A stretch of 45,830 bases of DNA, taken from Balamuthia mandrillaris (Eukaryota). Below the pieces are notes generated by a model, which ran no database searches, had not been told where the DNA came from, and saw only the letters and a program-made list of their open reading frames with translations. The DNA lies in NCBI GenBank assembly GCA_031835245.2, contig JAVKOQ020000106.1:124001-169830 (forward strand). Direction: 5' to 3'. Numbering within the stretch: the stretch's first letter is position 1; each line of letters starts with the position of its first letter. A program made the translations under genes and the position numbers. Shown here in pieces: positions 25,980-36,879 of the stretch.

Positions 25980-28900
25980 ATTATTATTGGCGGATGAGTG
26001 TGGTTGACGTTTTGTGGATGATGAAGATGATGGAGATGGTTGTGGATTGGATTGATTGCTTCGAGGTAAAGGTGAAGGACGGGAAGCCTCACACATTTCA
26101 CAAGCAAAGGCGGAGAAGTCGTTCACGAAGGTGCATACACTACACGGCCAGTCCAGCATCATGGTAAGGTTAGCGTCAGCTGTGGTGGTGGTCTGATGTT
26201 CTGATAAGCCATCGATGGGCGGTACACCCAATTCCAAGTCTTCCTTTTGGCCTTTGTATTTGGTTTTTTTATCTTTATGCTTGTCTTTCTTCTTTATCTC
26301 TTTCTCCTTATCCCTTTCCTTAGGCCTTTTCTTTGGAGGATCCAGTGGTGTTGTTCCTTCTGTCGGTGATCGCTGTTGACCCACACCTTCTCCAGTAACC
26401 AAGAAAGATCTTCTTTGCTTCTTATGTGTTTTCTTTTGACCGTCACTCTCTTTCTGGTTTTGTTTCTTGTCATCTTTGGAAGAAGAAAAAGAAAAAGAAG
26501 AAGAAGAAGAAGAAGAAGAAGAAGAAGCAGAAGAAGCAGAAGGAGAAGCAGAAGAAGGTCGAGGGCTTTTCTTCTCTCTCTTCGTCTTTGCTTCCTTGTC
26601 GCCCTGAGCCTCTTTCGAGCTCTTTTTCAACGAAGAAGACAGAGAAGGGGAGGAAGAGGAGCTGGACAGGCTGCTGTTTAAGGAGCGTGGAGAAAAGGGA
26701 GGAGAGGATGAATCAGAGAGTTCCAGCAAAAGGAGCTCTGAGCTCAAAGAAAGAGAAGCATGTCCCAAGTGCTGAATGGTATCGAGGGGAGAGGGCTCCA
26801 CTTGAGACGAGCGACGTTGAGACTTGGGGTACTGTGGTTTTTCAGGAGTAATTGCAGGCGATGTCACCTCTGATTGTTTTTGGTTTAGTTGGTCTTGCTT
26901 CTGATATTCTTTCTGGTAGTTTAGCACGCTCTTGCACTGGATGGATATGCCGCTGGTGGAGTAGCTGTAGGGGAGAGAGTAGGAGCCTTCTTCCAACGGC
27001 GGACCATGTGCAAACTTTATGACCATCTGATAGTACTTGATGGCGTTCTTGTAGGGTTCGCTTGTGGAGTCACGCAGCTGTTTAGCCCAAGCATAGCACA
27101 GCTCGGCGCAGAGGAAGAGGAGGTGGAAGTTGTTCGGATGGACCTCCAGCACTGCTTGTAGCAACTGCAAGGCGGCTTCACAGTAGATAGTGCTGAGAGT
27201 GGTATCCACCTTTTCCATAAAAACCAGCGCTTTTTCAGCTACTTGCTTGATGTAGAGATGTCCCGGCACGTTACTTTGGATCACGCTCTTGTAGGGAAGA
27301 GGAGCAGTAGGAGAGCTGGTCGTAGCCATCGACTCTCTTCCAACAGCACTCTGCTCTGATGAGGCGGCTGCCGTGTTATGATGATACCGCTTGAAGGCCT
27401 CCACGAAGCTATCCTTGGCTTTGGCGAAAAAGGGAGGATGCTCCAGGTATTCACCCAGTTCACAGGCAACGTTGCCACAATGGAACGAGATGGCATGGTC
27501 CTTGAACTCAAGTTCTGCTGCTGCAGTGAAACGTGTGATACTGGCGTACCCTATGTCCAAACGTCTCTCAGAAGTTCCTCCGGCAGAGTCCTCTCGCTTA
27601 GCCAATTCTTTCAGCACTTCTCCTAGTCGAAGCAGTGTCTTGGCATTGTCCGTAGATGTGGACACCGCCTTTTCGTAATGGTTTCGGGCGTACCACAGGA
27701 GCCGCAGAGAGAGCTGCTTGTTTTGACTCTCCAAGGCTTTCAGCCCGACCGCAAGCGCCTCTGATTCTTCTACTATGTTCATGTGCCGTACTCGTGATGT
27801 CAATTTGATGATATCAGGATAAGCAAATACCACGGAGTTTGGCCCTACAGAAGCAGTAAGAAAAAGAGAGTGAGTGAATTCTAGTAGCACAATGAGCAAA
27901 AAAAAAAAGGCTTAGAAAGGAAGTACCATCTTCAGTCTGCAGTTCCTTCAACACTTGATCTGAGAGCTGAATGCCAGCAAGTTGTTGGATGCGTTTGAAG
28001 AGTATATGCATGTGCTCCTTTGCAGGGCGAATATTTGCGTCCGCTTCAACTCCAGAGAACGAGCGGAGGAGCTTTGGTCTGTTCAAAATGAATGATGAGC
28101 ACTTTGCAACAATCAACAAAACCAAAAACACACTGAATAAAAAGTAATCGTATTACTACAATATCCAAACCTAATTTGTAGCTCCCAATAACTGTCGGAT
28201 TGTGGCGTGTTACCGATCACAGCATTGAATACTTCAGCTATCATAGTGTTGAACGTCCGTTCTTCGCTGCGAGCTTGATAATTAGTGGAATGAGTGGCGT
28301 GAGGGAAAAGCTTGGGTCGTGACTGGCTTGATAATATTTTTCCTTGTGATTCTGCTTGTCCATTGGTTGTTGTCGGTTCTGCATCACCCAATGCTGAATC
28401 GCGATGTCGTAGGAGAGAAGATATGTTGGACATCTTATTCCGCATATCAGCTCGAAGAATGTTCTTGATGGTGCGAGCTACCATCTCTCTCATCAGCATA
28501 TCACGAACTGTAAGGCAGGTGCAATGAGAACGAACTAAGCCAAGGTATCGGTTATTAATGCCATCACGGTGAAGGTTTACGCTAAGGTGATCGTCTCCTC
28601 CCAATGTGTCGATATACATCTCAAGCCATGCTGCGAATCTGTGATAATAATATTACCCAATATTACTCCACCTGGAAGAGGAAGAAAAAAAAAAAGCAGA
28701 GCCAGAAGAACAAACCTCGGGATGGTTACTTTAAATAGGTAGTTGGAAGCTTCGCGAGCGGCAGGATTGCCTGGATTGGTCCTGCCTACTCGTCCAAACA
28801 TCGAAAAGGCATCACTGTTCAGAGGGTGTGGGTATTTGAGTACAAACTCGGGTCGAAAGAGGCGATACAAGAAACCACGAGGATGTCTTTCTTTGGCCTC

Positions 28901-31001
28901 CTCTGGGTTTGTAGGAGGAAACGTTCTGGAAAAATCTTTAGTTGTTTTTGTTTTTGTTTTATTTTTTTTTTTGTTTTTTGTTTTTTAGGTTTGTTGTTTT
29001 GTTATTTGTTTTTTATGTTTGGGGTTAACAGTCAACAAGTTGTTAAGAATAAAAGTTAAGCGAGCGTTTAATTACCGATGATATAGTAGCGAGAATCAAA
29101 TCCCAGGTGGCCTTCAATGTCCATCGGTGCATATAACTTGTGCCCTGTGAAGACGTGGTGGCCCTGGTTTGCCCAAAAGCAAAATGAGGAGCGGTGACTA
29201 CCAAAGAAGATAAAGAGAAGAAAGAAGAAAGAAGAAGGCAGAAAGCATAAAAAGAAGAGGAGTGTAGCTTTTAGTTGTACATACTTCCAAATTCATTTTT
29301 TGACCTGCTTTCTTCATCAACTCGTTGAGAATTGGGTCGTCAGTGTGAACAGTGGGAAAACGGGAGCCTGCATTGTTGGAGCCATAGCGTAGGGTTGTTG
29401 AGCCAGAAATAGGCAGAATGGAACTGGCTACCAGGCGATAGCCACGAAAGTCAATGAGTGCCATGAGAGGGAAGTGCAGTCGTCGGATGGCACATGAGAA
29501 GTAGCGAGTCAAGCCTTTGAGCTCGTGAGACGCCACTTTCATGGCGAATTCATCGTCTCCATAAATGCCAGAGTCAGTGGCAAACTTGAAGAGAATGTTT
29601 CGGTGAACATATCTATAATATGTTGTTTGAGCCTAGAGGGGATGGAAGGAGAGAGGAGAGGAGAGAGGAGAGAAATAGAAAGACAGAAAGAGTGATGAAT
29701 AGAAGAGAGAGAATGGGAAATTACTTTTCGCCACCGGCCACTCCACCAACTGATGAGGGTTTGATTGTCTTTTCTTTGTACGGCAGAAAGACCTCTGATA
29801 TGATAATCTTGCCGTACATCTTAGCAGCCGCTACAAATTCCTTTGCTAACGTACACAACTTATCGGCTTGTTCTGCTCTTGCGTGCCCAAATTCAGGTTC
29901 GTTGGCTAACAGCGACATTGAATCTAATTTCAAAAAGTTAAATATTCAGAGGTGAGAGGGGGAAAAAAGGCATAATGCAGTAGAAGAGAGCTACCAAGTA
30001 TGTCCTGAAATTCTTTGTTCCAATCTCGCTCTGCTCCTCGATCTTCAGTCACGTTTAGCCTTCGTTCCACGCCCCTGACAGCTTCCCTAACAAATGTTAG
30101 GTGGTCTGCCCATGTGCTTTCTTTAACTTCGTCCTCTTCCGTCGCTACGGGGTGCAGCGGTCGTTGCTGCTTCCTGTTGGCACTCAGCTCTCTGGCTCGC
30201 AACTGTTGAAGTTGGTCTAGCAGCGAGCGGGTAATGCTAGTCAGAGCTCGAGCACTTTGTTGCAGCACTAATAAGTCTGACTTTTGGGTAACAAGCTTGC
30301 GCAACACCTCGTTGTGTTTCCTAAATCGACGGAGTTCCGTCTTGATTTTTCTGCGGGCTTTGATGAGGTCAGACAATGCCAAGTGTTCGTATGAAGCAGC
30401 GCAACGAGTAGTGCCGTGCTGGTTGATCAACGTTAGTCCAGAAGATACAGAACTTTGGCGAGCCATAGCCGTTCGTGTAGCTGGGCTCGAAAGAGAAAGC
30501 TGCCTGGCTTTGCTAGGAGTTCCACTGACAGTGAGCGTTGTCGCCCTTTCTGTAGTGGTGGTGGTGGAGGACATTGGAGGAGGGTTGCTGGAATCCCAAG
30601 CTTCATCGGAAGGAAGTGAAGAGGCAGCCGTCATAGCGGCCTTGACCTGAAGTGAAGCAGAAGGGGAAGAAGATGTGATGTTGACAAGAAGGGGCAAGGT
30701 AGAGAGGTGTGCATGCACCGTTCGTATGAGATTGGAGTTGTTCTTCACAGCATTCTCAGTGCACGTATAGAGAGTTGCAAAGTGCAAAAGATCGACACTC
30801 CAAGCAGCAGATGGGTTCTTGAGCCATTCATGCTTATCCCTGCGCTCAATGCTTGTTTCTAGAGTTTTCATTGTAGCTCTTGCATTGCGCACAGCATCCG
30901 TAAGCTCTTTCATTTGTTGCCGTTCATCCAGGCTCAGTGGTCGCTCTCCTCTAATAAGCAGAAAAGTTGAGAATTAAGAAAGAGAGAACGGGCGAGCGAG
31001 C

Positions 31002-31039
<38 letters not shown>

Positions 31040-33371
31040 AAACAATGGGAAACATGAAAAAAGAGTCTCGCTACTACCGTTCGTCTAAATAAGCTTCAAG
31101 ATGTTGTTTCAGGTTTTCTAGGAAGGAAAGAAAAACAGGATTGAGCTCTCGAAACTGACGCAGTATTTGTGCAAGGTACTGAAGCTCATCTTTTTGTTCT
31201 GGTGTGTTGGAAAACGCAGAAGCTCTAGAGTGGCTATATTTGGTGTTCTTTTTGGTATTTATGTTGTGTTCCCTCTTCCTTTGCTTAGAGCAATCCGAAG
31301 CTATTGGTAGCTTTTGCGGTGCTGGTTGCTGTTGCGGTGTTTGTGATCTGGAGGGAATGGTTTGGCTCATTGCTAAACTCCTCTTGGGTGGTGGATTTGA
31401 TTTTGGATCTGCAGCAACGAGCTGACCGTTTGTCTGTAGTTCAAGGTAGGGGCCATCACATTCAGCTGCATTCAGGTTTTCATCTTCCATCTCCTTCTCC
31501 TTTTCCTTCTCCTTCTCCTTCTCCTTCTCCTTCCCCATGCCCTTCCCGTTCTTCTCCATTTCCTTCCCTTTTCCTTTCTCTTTGCAATCATGCGCTTCGT
31601 ATGCCTCGTACAGCTCCTCAGACTCGTAGTCGTAATCTCGGCATGCCTTTTCGTTGGTTTTTTCAGCGACTGAGGGGTTGAATTTGCCTTGCGAAGAGTT
31701 CTCTTTAACGTCGGCTTCGACATAACCTTCAATTTTTTCTTCTACTGCTCCGTCGTACTCGTAGTACCCTGCTTCGGGAGCACCTAGTTCCTCAGCTTTG
31801 CCTCTTGTTTTTGCAGCTATTGCCTTTTCCGTTTCCTCCTCTTCCTTAAGATATGGCACATGATACGCTTCTCTCATGTCTTGTGCAATGTGTTCGGATG
31901 TACCATATGCGGCAGAAAGAGTATCAAAATCATCAATCTCGTTGCTTGGTTCCATTTTGTTTCTTGCGACTATTTCTTCCTCGCTACTATATTCACCGTC
32001 GCTATTATTCTCTGCGTCTTCTTCGTCGCTGCAGTCCTGACTAGCATCGTCACTGTCAGAAGAAGGTTCTTCGTCGTCGCTTCCCGTTACGTGATCTTCC
32101 CAAGCGGCCCAGTCCACAGAGCGTGTCCGACGTCCTCGAACCTTTGGTGCCACTGATGCTTCTACAGGTTGAAGGGGTGGCAAGGCACCAGACAGCGAAG
32201 AGGGACTGCCGTGCAGAAAAGCAGAAGTAGGTGAAGGTGTTGGGAGAATGGCGGTACCAGCGCCCCTTATCCCCGTTTGTTTCCTCTCTTGTCCTTTAGG
32301 ATCGCCGCCACAATCACCATCGCTGATATTACCAATTGATGAAGTTGCATTTGCAATACGCTGTGAGGGAGAAAAGTCGAGGCAGGGGATGCTTTGGCTG
32401 CGCTTCGTTTTGTATAGCATTGGATGCAACGGAGCACCCGCGGCTGTTCCTTCTGGCTGTTGATCTGTTGTCCGTGACTTGTGTTTTTGGTTCTCTGTTT
32501 CTTCTTCATCATCGCTGGCGTGTTGGGAACAGTTGTTTGAAGAGGAAGAAGAGGAGGAAAAATCTTGAGACTCGTCCTCTTCTAAGCACCAGTCGTTGGC
32601 CTCAGGGTCGTCTCTGGAACCTTCGGGAGTAGAAAAAGATGGTGGTGTTGCATCATGGCCAACAACAGCTACCCCCAATCCCTTGGGGCTAGCTCCAAGG
32701 CCGAATGAGAAGGAGGTGGAAGAGGAGGTTCCACCTGATGAGGGCCGGATGTTAAGCTCGTCGGACTGCACTAAAACTAGAGAGTCAGCGCTTTTCGGGT
32801 TGCCACAGATTTCGCAGACGCTCAGCAGAGGAAGGTTTTGGAAAGTACAACGGCTGCACCACCACCACGCACTATCCTCCTCTGCAACAGGCCAAGCGTT
32901 CTTAAAGGTAGTAGTAGTGGAGGCGTTTGCAGAAACTCTTGGAGGGGTGGCACTTGCCTGCTGTGCTGGTTGCTGAAGCGGAGAGGTGGCTGCTGCAGTA
33001 GTAGAAGTAGAAGTAATCGTGGTAGAAGCAGCGATCGAGTTGTGGCGTGTTGGGGGTTCTGCAGAGGACGGCGGTTGTGGGGTGGGTATATCCGGGTTTG
33101 GCCGTTCACACATCTCACAAACAAAAGCGCTTGGTATGTTTTGAAACGTACAATCAGGACAAGCCCACCACCCATCAGAGCTAGACAACTTGCGAAAGCT
33201 GAATGGCGCAGATATTTCAAAGGTAGGTGTACTGCCGGCATCTTGTTTCTTCTGGCTTTTGTCGCTGCGTTTCTTTCGGCTAGTTTTTTTCGAGTTACTG
33301 GGCTTCTTTTTGCTTCTACTTGGTTCTGGTTCCACTTGGCTGTCCATCTCTTTGCCAGAGCGGGAGGTCAT
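21040..33371 (-). CDS. Very large multidomain protein: RanBP2-type ZnFs, CLU central domain, TPR-like helices, Cys-containing LRRs, ARM repeats
   Basis: WACPDCTFQN..CEMC, WWCSRCTFQN..CEIC and WPCSVCTFVN..CEMC. CLU motifs GGVAGGEK/YVHRNILFKFA, ASHELKG, PLMALIDFRGYRLVASSILPI, DIEGHLGFDSRYYI, YRLFRPEFV, LNSDAFS and LHRDGINNRYLGLVR. LRRs such as LTSLSLSCCHHISGECL; ARM repeats such as ATKAVWNL. Several splice junctions checked as in frame (31077/30951, ~25020/24925). Confidence 0.8.
25906..25989 (-). repeat. (AAC)n coding microsatellite (poly-Asn)
   Basis: Long ttg run on the + strand, translated as poly-N in the CLU-domain gene. Confidence 0.9.
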
Positions 33372-33407
33372 TCTCACCGGGACATACAAACGCCAGACTA
33401 GGCTCCT

Positions 33408-33615
33408 GCTACTCCAACAACGGCTGCTGCCAAACAAGTTTCGTCTCTCTCTTCCTCTCTCCTATCTTTATTTCTCTCTCTCTTTAAATTGCTTGCATGA
33501 TTTAAAGGATGACATCACCCAAGCAATACGCATTGCATGACGGGGACACGACAAACGCGGGAAGCGGAGAGAGAACAAAGTAAATCCATTTGGCAGCAGC
33601 CATTGTTGGAGTAGC
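33408..33615. repeat. 27-bp inverted repeat pair (26/27 identical) enclosing 154 bp; MITE-like or fold-back
   Basis: gctactccaacaacggctgctgccaaa (33408-33434) versus tttggcagcagccattgttggagtagc (33589-33615). Confidence 0.85.
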
Positions 33616-34361
33616 GCTCAAACAAGACCTGCTCTCTCCTTATCGATGGCCGCTAGGTCCTTTTCCACGCCGATGATATAGTCTTACTATCACCTAGAAT
33701 TCTAAAGCTTGACATACCATGCTTAACGAACACAAATATATGTTCTGAACTACCGCTACGCCTTCAGCCCACACAAGAGCAAAGCATGACTGTTGACGCC
33801 CGTAACAAAGCAAACTTCTCCTCAACAACCAGTCTGGACCGGTCACCACCTTCCAGGACCACGGTCCCCTCACCCCATGGCCACCTATTACTGCCAGAAA
33901 GCTAAGGAGAGAGCCAACTGGCGTGAGAGTCGGAAGTTTACACGGGGTCTACTAAACAGGGCAGAAGAAAATGGTTGTGTGTTCTTAAAATCTTTAGTAA
34001 TGTCAGGAGTTACGCTCGTGGTTTTGGCCGTACTCTTCTCGATGCACAAGAGGCAGCGAAAAGGGAATCCTTTTCCAGAGATTCTCATCTTTTTTTTGGT
34101 CATTTCTTGCGGGCTCCGTAACAAGCAAGGATAAACAATACTAAAGCGTTAAGTACTGAGCTCAGTTCACTGTATACCGCGCAGTCAAATGATTGGTGCG
34201 CTGAATGTGCCCAAAAAGAGTGAGACCTAATCGAAAAGGATTCCCGATTGCTGCCTCTTGTGGTTACATCGGTAAATAAATAAGACCAAGAAAGGCGAAC
34301 AACACCAACAACAACCACAACTAACAACACTACACTACACCGCACAGCAAAGCCACCACCG

Positions 34362-35036
34362 ATGTCCGGAGTTACGCTCGTGTTGTTGGCCGTACTCTCT
34401 GGCCTTGCCGCCACCTCCTACGCCACCTCCAGCCCAAACTACAACGAGCTCGGCAGCGATGGCGGCTACAAGGTCTTCGCGCTGGAAGCCGAGCAGGATC
34501 GCGGCAAGTTTGACTGCCTCTGGGACTCCGTGGCCTCTCCTTCCCGCAGGGCTGCCATCATCTCTCGATACCATGCCGACAACCTCACCCCTCCGCTGGT
34601 CTGCAGTGCCCGCGTGGCCATTTTTCACAACGACTCTCTCGCAGGGTTCAGCTACAGGCAGTTCTTTGTCGACCTGCGCACGCACGGCGCCTCAGCACCC
34701 ATCCCTACAGGATGGAGCCTGGAACTCCGTGGCATCGACCCCAATTCCAGGGTGACCAGCCTGGAGGGCTATGGGGGCACCTCCGCCTCTGCCTCCAACG
34801 GAACCTGGACCCTTTCCTTCACCCCCTCCATCAGCCTGGATGAGGAGGACTCCCTCTGCGAAGGCCACAACCAGCTCCTCCAGGGAGGCGTGAACATGAC
34901 CTCCTCCTGTGACACCCTCCATGAGCCTGAGTGGGCTATTCTTCACACGTCTGAAGGCTCCATGCATTGCTATATTGAGTCTTTTCAGCCGTCCATGTCT
35001 GCTTGGCCCAACCAGTGTGGCGACCTCCTTCCTTAG
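34362..35036 (+). CDS. Intronless secreted protein (signal peptide, Cys-containing, beta-rich)
   Basis: Signal peptide MSGVTLVLLAVLSGLAATSYA; 224-aa ORF with strongly C/G-ending codons. Confidence 0.75.
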   Translation: MSGVTLVLLAVLSGLAATSYATSSPNYNELGSDGGYKVFALEAEQDRGKFDCLWDSVASPSRRAAIISRYHADNLTPPLVCSARVAIFHNDSLAGFSYRQFFVDLRTHGASAPIPTGWSLELRGIDPNSRVTSLEGYGGTSASASNGTWTLSFTPSISLDEEDSLCEGHNQLLQGGVNMTSSCDTLHEPEWAILHTSEGSMHCYIESFQPSMSAWPNQCGDLLP

Positions 35037-36168
35037 GCAGCTGCTACTTCTTGACCTCACCATTGCTGAGATTTTGTTTGCTCTCTTCGAATTACAATTT
35101 TAATTTTATTGTAGTAAAAAAAAAACAAGGGAAGGGGGAGATGAGTTTGATACATTATGCTGCTCATTGCTGCCTAGATCATGTTTGCTGTAGAGCCACT
35201 TCCTGTGGGCTTTGCTCCATTGAGGTTCATCACCTGCTTTGGAACAGTACTGGCCACAGTGTTGTTCTTGTTGGTTGAACTCGGATCTGCCTGATTCAAG
35301 GAGGGACAGAAAGATGCACAGAGAGGGGAATGAAAAGAGAATAAGCAAATAGTTGAAAAGGTTTTCTTTGCTGTGATCACAAACCTCTTCTTACTGACAT
35401 GCAGAGAAAAAGTGAAAAGCACTAAGTAGAAATGGTTGTTAGGCAAGTGACATGATGGTGAAATAATGTGAATAAAGTGGGTACAAATATCAGAAATATG
35501 AAGAAAAAGCACACAGGGACCTACAGTACCAATTGTCAAGTCTTACAAGCAACCATGGGAACCATCAACAGAATCTTTTGGGTCTTCTCATTTTTTCCTC
35601 TCCCTGACTCTTTCTTCCTCTTTTCAACTAAGGCCTCTGTTCTAATCCACTTCCTGCACAGGAAAAAAAAAGTTGGAAAAAAACAACCAATTTACAATGT
35701 GCAGGTGGTAAATTCGTTGTTTTGTGGTAAATTCGTTGTCGGAACAACCAATTTACATCCCGTTTTTTCGATAACCACGTTTTTACACCAAGCGTTTGGT
35801 ATTAATAAAATATTACATATGTTGGTAAAATCACCAACACTTATCTCAAGACTTGTTGAGAATTACTCTCAACATATTAGTTCCGTTGCTCCTTTCCTTT
35901 CCTTTCCTCTTTGTCGACATCTGTGACGTGGGCCAATCGCCTGCTGTCACATCGCTAGGCTTCTTCCTTTTATTCCGTTGCTTCCTTCTCTCTTTCTTTT
36001 AGTTAGTTAGTTATGTTTTGTTCACACCACACCTTTCCCTCTTGACACCCTTTGTTCCCTTGTTCCCTCTTTGAATAATACATTTTGGTCCCATCCATTT
36101 ATGTTATTCGCCCTTTCTAACAGACTCCTCATGTTAGTTCTGTCCTGGACCCTCAGCTCTCCTTTCTT

Positions 36169-36386
36169 GGTTAGGGTTAGGGGCGGGTACTCAGAACCTA
36201 CGGCAGTCAACTCCCCATGGTCCATTCTATAAAACTCTAAGTCTATAAGTCTAACGGATAAAGTGGGTCAAAGTAGCAATTTTTTCAATTTTCGTATAGA
36301 AATACCTATATAATCTAACAAGATATAATCATAATATCATCATCATCATCATCATCATCATTCTCCTCTGTCTCTTCCTCTTCATC
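36169..36386 (+). repeat. Truncated element-end copy 1, headed by GG(TTAGGG)2
   Basis: ggttagggttaggggcgggtactcagaacctacggc... matches 36735-36954, then breaks at ...cttcatc. Confidence 0.95.
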
Positions 36387-36734
36387 TAGGTTAGGGTTAG
36401 GGCGGGTACTCAGAACCTACGGCATTCAACTCCCCATGGTCCATTCTATAAAACTCTAAGTCTATAAGTCTAACGGATAAAGTGGGTCAAAGTAGCAATT
36501 TTTTCAATTTTTGTATAGGAATACCTATATAATCTAACAAGATATAATCATAATATCATCATCATCATCATCATCATCATTCTCCTCTGTTTCTTCCTCT
36601 TCATCCAAGATGGATATAACTGTAGTGGTAGTAGAAGTAGGAGATGATGATGGGGAGGAAGTGTTGTCATTATCATCATCATCATCCGATTTGTCAAAGT
36701 CCTCATCGTGGGCCACCAAGTATTTGGCCTTCAA
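36387..36734 (+). repeat. Truncated element-end copy 2, headed by TAGG(TTAGGG)2
   Basis: taggttagggttagggcgggtactcagaacc... matches 36735-37083, then breaks at ...ggccttcaa. Contains the last ~66 codons of the YR-Myb gene. Confidence 0.95.
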
Positions 36735-36879
36735 GTTAGGGTTAGGGGCGGGTACTCAGAACCTACGGCATTCAACTCCCCATGGTCCATTCTTTAAAAC
36801 TCTAAGTCTATAAGTCTAACGGATAAAGTGGGTCAAAGTAGCAATTTTTTCAATTTTCGTATAGAAATACCTATATAAT

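Noticed and set aside
35987..36016. Similarity of tctctttcttttagttagtta to the reverse strand at ~41711-41735, as a possible inverted terminal repeat
   Set aside because: Short and low complexity; the match does not extend.
36022..36225. 67-aa ORF crossing the first TTAGGG junction
   Set aside because: Its ATG lies in the repeated terminal segment and it reads into unrelated flank; probably a chance chimera.
36534..36734. 66-aa acidic ORF as an independent gene
   Set aside because: It is the duplicated tail of the YR-Myb gene in truncated copy 2 and has no ATG start (TTG at the junction).
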